A stretch of DNA of 64,000 nucleotides from Acidobacteriota bacterium (GTDB lineage: Bacteria; Acidobacteriota; Vicinamibacteria; Vicinamibacterales; UBA823), in assembly GCA_002730525.1 (NCBI GenBank), contig PCAK01000007.1, positions 1,409 through 65,408 on the forward strand, given 5' to 3'. Below the pieces are notes generated by a model. It saw nothing but the letters and a program-made list of their open reading frames with translations, ran no database searches and was not told the origin of the DNA. Within the stretch, counting starts at the first letter, position 1. The number at the start of each line of letters is the position of its first letter. This document shows, piece by piece, positions 1 through 7,094 of this stretch. The translations under genes and the position numbers were made by a program.

Positions 1-2022
1 AGGCGCCGAGTCGATCAGCGTCGCGGCCACCATCGCGGCGGCCTCGGCGAACCGGCCGACGTCGGCCATAGCGAGACCCAGTTCGAGGCAGGTGAACTCC
101 AGTTCGCCGGTCATCTCTCGGGCCCCGGTGGCGAAACTCGCCCAGTCGCCGGCGGAGAGCGCGATGACGGCACTCGGAACGAGCCGATTCGTGCCCTGGG
201 CGATCGCCTCTTCGGCCAGTCGCGTCGCCCGATCCGAATCGCCTGCGAAGTGCGCCGCCAGCAGCATCCACTCGAACAAACGGACCCGGTCGATCTCGGC
301 CAGTTCGTGCGCCGTCGTGAACGCGGCGAGCGCTTCATCGAATGCGCCTTGACGCATCGTGACCCGACCGACGACGCCGAGGCCGAGTGCCTCGCTCTCG
401 CGTCGCGCGGCGGCCTCGGTTCCGCACGCCAGCGCCTCGTCCAGTCGATCCTGACGGAGTCGGATGACGCCGAGCAGGTGCCAGGCGGCGCCATTGTCGG
501 AATCGACGTCCACGACCCGCGTGAGGCGGTTGGCCGCCGACTCGTACAATCCTGCTTCCAGGTCGAGCCGGGCGAGCGCGACAAGCGCGCCGGCATGCGC
601 CGGTGAGGCTGCCAGCGCCCGCTCGTGCCAGTCGCGCGCCTTCACGCGGTCCATCAGCCGTTCGAACTCGACGCCGTGGGCGTGCATCGCATCGACGTCA
701 CCTGGCTCGGGCTCGGGTAGTTCGACGTGGAGTGTTGTCGGAATCTCCACGTCCGGAATCTCCAGGGGCGATCGATACGCCGCCAGCGCCGTCCCGTCAG
801 CCGCGGTGATCTGGACGTCTACCGGCGCGCCTTCGCCGACCTTCAGGCTGACGCGCGTCGCCTCTTCGGGCCGGAGATCCACCTGAAGGCCGATGAGCGA
901 GGTCGCGTCTCGCGTCAGTTCGACCCGGGCGTTCGGGAACTCCGCCGTCGCGGCGATCCGGAACTCGACATGGCCGTCGGCCTCCGCCCGCTCGATGGCG
1001 ACATCTTTCGTCGCATACTCGAAGCCGGTCCCGAGTCCGCCAACCGGATACCACCACTCCTGCCAGGCGACCTCGCCGCCAGGCCCGAGGACGCCGTAGT
1101 CGGTCTGGGTGCGGAGCGGACCGCTCTGCACCTCGATGTACGAGCGCGGGTCGTCGGCCAGTGCAATCTGGCTCATCCGGCCGGCGTCGGATTGGCCCCA
1201 GGTCCACGCCTTCTTGCCCGGGACGAAGCGGTGGTCGGCGCACTGCACCAGGCCGTAGTCGTCGCCGACGTCGTAGGCGCCGAAGAAATCGAACGGGCAG
1301 TCGTAGGCGAAGACCGGAGTGGCATCGGGATAGTTTCGGAGCCAGCGCAGGTCGCGGCCGTCGGCATCGGCAAACGGCCAGGCAAAGAACCGATCGTGAT
1401 CGCTCGCGACCTTCATCGGATAGCAGAACCGCGTCTCGGGCGTGTTCGGAAACGCCGTGTTGTTCCAGAAGTAGTAGCTGTGCGGGCCGTCGGTCGGATT
1501 GAAGATCACGATCCGCTCGTCGAGCGCGGCCCGGCCGGGATGCAGCGTGAACCGGACCTCCCAGGCCGTCCGGAAGTTCATTTCGGTGTAGCCGATGACG
1601 AACGACGCCGAGCCGTCGGGGTGTTCGACGCTCACCACATCGACCGGGGCATAGCTCGTCACGGTGTGGCTCTGCGGGCCCCGGTTCCACTCGACACCGC
1701 CCGAGAACCAGGCGCCTCTGAGCGCGATGAGCCCCGGCTTGATCACCGGGTTCCGGTAGAACATCTCGCGACCACGGACCTTGTCGAAGACGGACAGGAT
1801 GCGGCCGCCCAGTTCGGGGATGCACATCGCGCTCAGATACTCGTTCTCGAGGAAGAGCGCGCGGTAGGTCGTGTCGACCTTCGTCCGTGAGAGATGGTCC
1901 TGCATCGTGTAGGGGTAGATGAGCGTCCCCTCCAGCTCGAAGAACCGCGGGTTCACGTCGTCGGGATGCAGCGGATAGGTCGGAACGACGACCTGGTCGG
2001 TCCAGGTTCTGACGGCAGCCAT
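1..2022 (-). CDS. DUF5107-domain protein with C-terminal TPR repeats (3' end of the gene lies beyond the window start)
   Basis: Not in the ORF track because it is open at the window edge. My translation from the minus-strand ATG at 2022 reads MAAVRTWTDQVVVPTYPLHPDDVNPRFFELEGTLIYPYTMQDHLS...GAWFSGGVEWNRGPQSH. There is no stop down to base 1 (674 codons) and GC3 bias is strong. The last ~250 aa look TPR-like (AAWHLLGVIRLRQDRLDEA). Track ORFs 797..2614(-) and 727..1890(+) are off-frame Arg-rich artefacts. Confidence 0.7.
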   Translation of the reverse strand, partial: MAAVRTWTDQVVVPTYPLHPDDVNPRFFELEGTLIYPYTMQDHLSRTKVDTTYRALFLENEYLSAMCIPELGGRILSVFDKVRGREMFYRNPVIKPGLIALRGAWFSGGVEWNRGPQSHTVTSYAPVDVVSVEHPDGSASFVIGYTEMNFRTAWEVRFTLHPGRAALDERIVIFNPTDGPHSYYFWNNTAFPNTPETRFCYPMKVASDHDRFFAWPFADADGRDLRWLRNYPDATPVFAYDCPFDFFGAYDVGDDYGLVQCADHRFVPGKKAWTWGQSDAGRMSQIALADDPRSYIEVQSGPLRTQTDYGVLGPGGEVAWQEWWYPVGGLGTGFEYATKDVAIERAEADGHVEFRIAATAEFPNARVELTRDATSLIGLQVDLRPEEATRVSLKVGEGAPVDVQITAADGTALAAYRSPLEIPDVEIPTTLHVELPEPEPGDVDAMHAHGVEFERLMDRVKARDWHERALAASPAHAGALVALARLDLEAGLYESAANRLTRVVDVDSDNGAAWHLLGVIRLRQDRLDEALACGTEAAARRESEALGLGVVGRVTMRQGAFDEALAAFTTAHELAEIDRVRLFEWMLLAAHFAGDSDRATRLAEEAIAQGTNRLVPSAVIALSAGDWASFATGAREMTGELEFTCLELGLAMADVGRFAEAAAMVAATLIDSAP

Positions 2023-2049
2023 GAGGCGAGTCGGGCGACAGCGGCCGGG

Positions 2050-3240
2050 CTACTTCACCGCCTTCGTTTCGCGAAGCTTGGCGATCTCGGCATCGTCGTA
2101 GCCGGCTTCGCGCAGCACGACGTCGGTGTGCTGCCCCAGAAGCGGTGCCGGTCGGCCGGTCGTCACGGGCGTCGCCGACAGCTTGAGCGGCGAGCCCAGC
2201 GTGCGAATCGTCCCAAGCGTCGGGTGCTCGGTCTCGACGACCATCTCGCGCGCCCGAACCTGAGGATCGTCCACGACTGCCGCGTAGTTGTTGATCGGCC
2301 CGGAGGGAATGTCGTGCGCCTCGAACAGTTCGAGCCAGTGGTCGCGCGGCTCGGTCTCGGTGATCCCCTCGATCTTCTTGGCCAGGGCCGCGCGATTCCT
2401 GACTCGGGCCGTGTCGTCGACGTAGTCGGGATCGGTCGCCCACTCGGCATGGCCCAGCAGGCCGCACACGCGCTGAAAGATCCGATCGTTGGCGCCGCCG
2501 AGCGTGATGTAGCCGTCCGAGCACTTCACCGCCTGGTAGGGCGCGCTCATCCGATGCGCCGACCCGAGGGGCGCCGGCACGCCGGTGCCGGAGAAGTACT
2601 CGGTCGCCTCCCACACCGACATCGCCACACCCGCGTCGACGAGCGACGTGTCGATCTGCTGGCCGCGGCCGGTCGTCGCGCGATGATGCAACGCCGCGAG
2701 GATGCCGGTCGTCGCGAAGAGCGCCGCGCCGAGATCAGTGATCGGGATGCCGGCCTTGGTCGGCGGGCGCCCGGGTTCGCCGGTGACCGAGATGATGCCG
2801 GAGACCCCCTGTGCCACCAGGTCGAACCCGCCGTGGGTCGCCTTGGGGCCGGTCTGGCCGTAGCCGGAGATCGACGCGTAGATCAGTCGCGGATTGACGT
2901 CGGCCAGCGTCGCGTAGTCGAGACCGAGGCCGGCCATGACTCCTGGGCGAAAATTCTCGATGAGGACGTCGGCCGACGAGGCCAGGCGCTCGAAGACCCC
3001 ACGACCGGCATCGGACTTGAGGTCGATGACGATGCCGCGCTTGCCGCGGTTGACCGCGTTGAAGCTCGGGCTGTCGCCGCCGGTCGCCCCAGCCATTCGC
3101 CGCGTGGAGTCGCCGGCGCGCGGCTCGACCTTGATCACGTCGGCACCCATGTCGCACAGTAGCATCGCGCAGTACGGCCCGGCCATCACCTGGGTGACGT
3201 CGAGCACGCGGAGACCGGCCAGAGTGCCGCCGCTAGGCAT
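2050..3240 (-). CDS. Family III CoA-transferase (CaiB/BaiF type)
   Basis: LRVLDVTQVMAGPYCAMLLCDMGADVIKVEP... and ISGYGQTGP are typical of the family. ORF 2050..3276 begins with GTG. The ATG at 3240 (MPSGGTLAGLRVLD) matches the usual family N-terminus, so the start is uncertain by 36 nt. Confidence 0.85.
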   Translation of the reverse strand: MPSGGTLAGLRVLDVTQVMAGPYCAMLLCDMGADVIKVEPRAGDSTRRMAGATGGDSPSFNAVNRGKRGIVIDLKSDAGRGVFERLASSADVLIENFRPGVMAGLGLDYATLADVNPRLIYASISGYGQTGPKATHGGFDLVAQGVSGIISVTGEPGRPPTKAGIPITDLGAALFATTGILAALHHRATTGRGQQIDTSLVDAGVAMSVWEATEYFSGTGVPAPLGSAHRMSAPYQAVKCSDGYITLGGANDRIFQRVCGLLGHAEWATDPDYVDDTARVRNRAALAKKIEGITETEPRDHWLELFEAHDIPSGPINNYAAVVDDPQVRAREMVVETEHPTLGTIRTLGSPLKLSATPVTTGRPAPLLGQHTDVVLREAGYDDAEIAKLRETKAVK

Positions 3241-3281
3241 GGGCCATACTAGCAGTCCGTCAACCGCAGGAGCCACGCATC

Positions 3282-4067
3282 GTGCCTACCCCTCACGCCA
3301 CCTTCGAAACGATCGGTCCGCTGGCCACGCTGACGTTCAACCGGCCAGAGGTGCGGAACGCCATGACCTGGGAGATGTACCAGGCGCTGTTCGACGCCTG
3401 CGAGGCCGTCGACTCGTCCGAGGAGATCCGCACCCTCATCCTGAAGGGCGCGGGCGGCGAGGCGTTCGTGTCGGGCACCGACATCGCGCAGTTCCAGGAG
3501 TTCGACTCGCCGGGCGACGGCATCGCCTACGAGCGGAGGCTCGACGAGGTCATGGACCGGCTCGAACGGGTGGCGAAGCCGACCATCGCCCAGATCGAGG
3601 GCGTGGCAACCGGCGGCGGCTGCGCGATCGCGCTGGCGTGCGACCTGCGCTACTGCACGCCGGAGTCGCGCTTCGGCATGCCGATCGCCCGCACCCTGGG
3701 CAATTGCCTATCGGTGGCCAACCATGCCCGGCTGGTCGACCTGATCGGCCCGGCCCGCGTGAAGGAGTTGCTCTTCACCGGCCGGCTCATCGATGCCGCC
3801 GAGGCGGCGTCGCTGGGGTTCGTGAATCGGATCGTCGACGCCCGGCGGCTGGGGCAGTCGGTGCGCGAGACGGCGGCGGCGATCGCCGAGAACGCGCCGC
3901 TGACGATCATGGCCACGAAGGAGATCGTTCGCCGGATTCAGGCCGGACGACGGCTCGACCCGGATGACGCGCGCGATCTGATCGAGCTGTGCTACACGAG
4001 CGAGGACTTCGCCGAGGGGGTCGCGGCGTTCCTGGCGAAGCGGCCGCCGAAGTGGACGGGGAAGTGA
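3282..4067 (+). CDS. Enoyl-CoA hydratase/isomerase (crotonase superfamily)
   Basis: 261 aa. Crotonase motifs are present: GAGGEAFVSGTDI and GGGCAIALACDLRY. GTG start with AGGAG about 9 nt upstream. Divergent from the CoA-transferase. Confidence 0.85.
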   Translation: MPTPHATFETIGPLATLTFNRPEVRNAMTWEMYQALFDACEAVDSSEEIRTLILKGAGGEAFVSGTDIAQFQEFDSPGDGIAYERRLDEVMDRLERVAKPTIAQIEGVATGGGCAIALACDLRYCTPESRFGMPIARTLGNCLSVANHARLVDLIGPARVKELLFTGRLIDAAEAASLGFVNRIVDARRLGQSVRETAAAIAENAPLTIMATKEIVRRIQAGRRLDPDDARDLIELCYTSEDFAEGVAAFLAKRPPKWTGK

Positions 4068-4083
4068 GGCCTTCGCTGCCGCC

Positions 4084-5223
4084 TCAGCGGCCGGTCACCT
4101 TGCGGAACTCGTCGACGAAGACCTCGTTCTCGAGCGGCAACCCCACCGACACCCGCATGTAGCCGTCCATCTCGAACGCCTGGCGCACCTTGACCTTGCG
4201 CTCCTGCAGCAGCGAGAGGAACGTCTCGAGCGTGTCGCCGACATCGACTGTCACGAAGATGGTCTGCGTCCGCAGCGGCGCGTATCCCAGCGCCTCGAGT
4301 TGATCGTACAGATACTGCTTGCCCTCACGCACGACCTCGACCGAGCGCGTGACGTGATCGGGATCCTCGAGGGCGCCGAGCGCGGCGGCGATCGAGAGCG
4401 TGTTCTTGTTCAGCTGGCCGAACCCGAACCTGGCCAACCGCTGCATCAGTTCGGGGTTGCCGATCCCGTAGCCGACCCGGATCCCCCCGAGCCCGTACGC
4501 CTTCGAGAACGTGCGTGTGACGAGCACGTTCTCGCGCTCCTGCGCCAGGGCGATCGCCGAGGGATAGTCTGGCTCGTCGACGAAGTGGATGTAGGCCTCG
4601 TCGACGCAGAGCACGACATCGTTCGGCACCCGCTCGGCGAAACGCCGCAACTCGCCGGCGGCGAGCAGTTGCCCGGTCGGGTTGTTGGGGTTGCAGACGA
4701 ACACGATGCGGGTCTCGTCGTCGATGGCGTCGAGCATCGCGTCGAGGTCGAGGCTGAAATCGTTCGTCAATGGTACCCGTCGAACTTCGCGATCCAGCGT
4801 CTCGGTCTTGCGCGGCACATCGGGATACGACGGCGACGCCGTCACCGTGTTGCCGGAGCGATCGAAGTACGATGCCGTCACCAGCAGGCTGAGAATCTCA
4901 GACGACCCGACACCGGTCAGGATCGTCTCCTCCGGAATGTCGTGATGCGCCGCGAGCGCCTGCTCGAGCTGGTTGTGGAACGGATACCGGTTCATGCCGA
5001 ACATCCGACTGGCGACGGCTTCGATGGCGCGGCGAGACGAGCCCAGTGGGTTCTCGTTGATCGACAGTTCGACCAGTTCGGGGTCGTCGAGACCCACGCC
5101 GCGAATGTCGCGCAGCACCGGCGAGTTGACGAGCTGCGCGGCGGCTTCCCACCAGGGCGTACCCGCCAGGGTCAACCCGGCGCTGCCGGCGATCGTGCGG
5201 CGGAAAAAGCTTCGGCGATTCAT
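4084..5223 (-). CDS. HisC-like class I/II PLP aminotransferase with twin-arginine (Tat) type signal peptide
   Basis: N-terminus MNRRSFFRRTIAGSAGLTLAGTPWWEAAAQ has an S-R-R-x-F-F motif, a hydrophobic region and an AxA site. Body motifs are NENPLG, NPNNPTG and the TFSKAYGLGG PLP-lysine motif. GGAAGGGGAG RBS upstream. Lies 18 nt downstream of the transporter gene. Confidence 0.8.
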   Translation of the reverse strand: MNRRSFFRRTIAGSAGLTLAGTPWWEAAAQLVNSPVLRDIRGVGLDDPELVELSINENPLGSSRRAIEAVASRMFGMNRYPFHNQLEQALAAHHDIPEETILTGVGSSEILSLLVTASYFDRSGNTVTASPSYPDVPRKTETLDREVRRVPLTNDFSLDLDAMLDAIDDETRIVFVCNPNNPTGQLLAAGELRRFAERVPNDVVLCVDEAYIHFVDEPDYPSAIALAQERENVLVTRTFSKAYGLGGIRVGYGIGNPELMQRLARFGFGQLNKNTLSIAAALGALEDPDHVTRSVEVVREGKQYLYDQLEALGYAPLRTQTIFVTVDVGDTLETFLSLLQERKVKVRQAFEMDGYMRVSVGLPLENEVFVDEFRKVTGR

Positions 5224-5241
5224 CTGGTTCTCCCCTTCCGA

Positions 5242-6519
5242 CTAGCCAATCCCGATCTTCAGCACGGTGAATAGCAGATAACAGACGGCGGCGCCGACGA
5301 CGGTCATCGAAAGGCCCCAGGCCATCAGTTTATTGAACAGGGCGCGCGGGTCCTCGCTCTTGGGCGCGGCCGCCAGGCAGAGCGCGCCGAGTGTCGACAG
5401 GGCCGAGACATCGACGATGTGCCCGCCGACGTTCATCGCCGACGCGATCGCTATCGGCGGCACGCCGCCCAGTGCCTCGGACAGTCCCGGCACCGTCGGC
5501 AGCATCGCCGGCAGGACGACGCCCGACGTCGAGCTGTAGATCGAGATGAACCCGGTCGAAAAGGCGATGACCGCCGTGACCGACTCGGGTGTGGACATGC
5601 CGGCCAGCAGCCGGGTGAACAGGTCGAGGCCGCCGGTCTCGTCGAGCAGTGAGATCAGCACGGTCACGCCGCAGACCATCATGATGACGCGCCACGGCAT
5701 CATGTTGACCGCTTGAAACTCGTCGCCCACCTTGAAGAGCGACAGCAGAATGGCGCCGGTGAAGGCGCCCATCCCGATATTCACGCCGAAGAAGATGACT
5801 CCGACGATCAGCGCGAGGATCACCGCCATCGTCACGTAGTGATCGCGCGTGAAACTCCAGTCGGTATCCTCGCCGCCGCTCCCCGGCACCTCGATCTCGC
5901 CGGTGTGGCGCTTCCCCATCAGCTTCAATCCGCCGAGCAAGAAGTACGCGCCAAAGGCGATCACCGTGTGCGCCGCCATGTTGTTCAGATAGTTGTGCCA
6001 CTCGAACCCGATGAGCCCAACGTCGGCCATGACGCCGTTGACGATGACGCCGGTCGGCGCGATCGGTGACAGCGAACCGGCATTGGCGCCGTTCCCCACC
6101 ATGATGGCGACCAGGAACGCCGGGATGCCGACCTGTCCGGCCACGGCCATCGCCATCGGCGCAATGATCGCCGTCGACGCGATATTGCCGGGGCCGATCG
6201 ACGCCAGGACGAACGCCAGGACGAAGAACATCATCGGGATGACGCCGACATTTCCGCGGCAGTAGAGCACCGCGCGGCGGGCAATCCGGTCAAGCGTGCC
6301 GTTCGCCTGGGCCTGAGAGAAGAGCAAGGTCACGCCGGCTAGTGTGAGGAAGAGCCGGGTCGGGAAGCCCGCCATGATTTGGTTCGGCCCGACGCCGGCG
6401 TAGAGGCCGACCAGCCAGGCGAGCGCGATCGCGAGAAAGCCGACGTGCAGCCGGATCGTGCAACTGACGACGATCGCAACCAGCAGGGCGAGCAACGAGA
6501 CCGAAGCGGCATCGAACAT
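5242..6519 (-). CDS. Ion-transporter-superfamily anion permease (MatC/CitMHS/ArsB-NhaD-like)
   Basis: 425 aa, polytopic and hydrophobic throughout (MFDAASVSLLALLVAIVVSC...GNGANAGSLSPIAPTG...), with a central hydrophilic loop. The subfamily assignment is tentative. Confidence 0.65.
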   Translation of the reverse strand: MFDAASVSLLALLVAIVVSCTIRLHVGFLAIALAWLVGLYAGVGPNQIMAGFPTRLFLTLAGVTLLFSQAQANGTLDRIARRAVLYCRGNVGVIPMMFFVLAFVLASIGPGNIASTAIIAPMAMAVAGQVGIPAFLVAIMVGNGANAGSLSPIAPTGVIVNGVMADVGLIGFEWHNYLNNMAAHTVIAFGAYFLLGGLKLMGKRHTGEIEVPGSGGEDTDWSFTRDHYVTMAVILALIVGVIFFGVNIGMGAFTGAILLSLFKVGDEFQAVNMMPWRVIMMVCGVTVLISLLDETGGLDLFTRLLAGMSTPESVTAVIAFSTGFISIYSSTSGVVLPAMLPTVPGLSEALGGVPPIAIASAMNVGGHIVDVSALSTLGALCLAAAPKSEDPRALFNKLMAWGLSMTVVGAAVCYLLFTVLKIGIG

Positions 6520-7042
6520 GGGGCGGCGAGTATATCAAGGAGGCGGGAGGCCCGGCGGCGGGTGAGCCGAGCGTACGACGGCGGAAGCGTAACTCAGCCC
6601 GGTTCCAGCCGATCTCCAGGACGCGGGCCGGCAGCGGGATCGCATAGGTGTTCCAACCGGGCTCCAACGTCACGCGACCCACACGACGGTCGTTGACCTC
6701 CAGGCTGAGCCCATGTCGAACGGAAGCGCCGAGACCGGAGTTGACCTCGATCTCCAGCGTGCCGGAACCGCCGGTCGCCACGTAGAAGCGGAAGCTCGCC
6801 CACCAGTCGACAATGGCGCGACTGTCGGCCGTCGTCGAAACCTGGGCACGCCGCTCCCAGCCATGGCCCAGGAAGTCGTCGAACGCCGGGTCCACCGGGT
6901 CGATGACGTCGGTGCTGACCGAAAGCTGCTGAGCCGGGACGTAGTCGGTAAACGGTTCGACGCGCTGGGGCGAGTTGCACGCCGCCAAGGCCAGCACAAG
7001 CGCCGCGCCGAGCCAGGTTGACCAACGCAAAGGTGTCATCAC
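6290..7042 (-). CDS. Hypothetical lipoprotein (C-terminus uncertain)
   Basis: Signal plus lipobox MMTPLRWSTWLGAALVLALAAC. The first ~155 aa look protein-like (FYVATGGSGTLEIEVNSG...). The last ~75 codons (6290..6519) overlap the transporter gene and look like off-frame sequence. Confidence 0.45.
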   Translation of the reverse strand: MMTPLRWSTWLGAALVLALAACNSPQRVEPFTDYVPAQQLSVSTDVIDPVDPAFDDFLGHGWERRAQVSTTADSRAIVDWWASFRFYVATGGSGTLEIEVNSGLGASVRHGLSLEVNDRRVGRVTLEPGWNTYAIPLPARVLEIGWNRAELRFRRRTLGSPAAGPPASLIYSPPHVRCRFGLVARPAGCDRRQLHDPAARRLSRDRARLAGRPLRRRRAEPNHGGLPDPALPHTSRRDLALLSGPGERHA

Positions 7043-7094
7043 CGACCCTCAAGGTGTCTCAGGACCGAGCGGTTGTCGCCCTGCGCTACACTCA

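Noticed and set aside
797-2614. Very long ORFs in the track with Arg/Pro/Gly-rich, low-complexity translations. Examples: 797..2614(-), 727..1890(+), 7092..9089(-), 22012..23223(-), 30527..31603(-), 31882..33837(-), 43298..45619(-), 58520..59959(-), 60074..61759(-), 49730..51349(-), 53350..54543(-).
   Set aside because: They lie antisense or off-frame to genes with clear family signatures. They lack GC3 bias and have RRR/PRR-type composition typical of stop-poor alternative frames in high-GC DNA.
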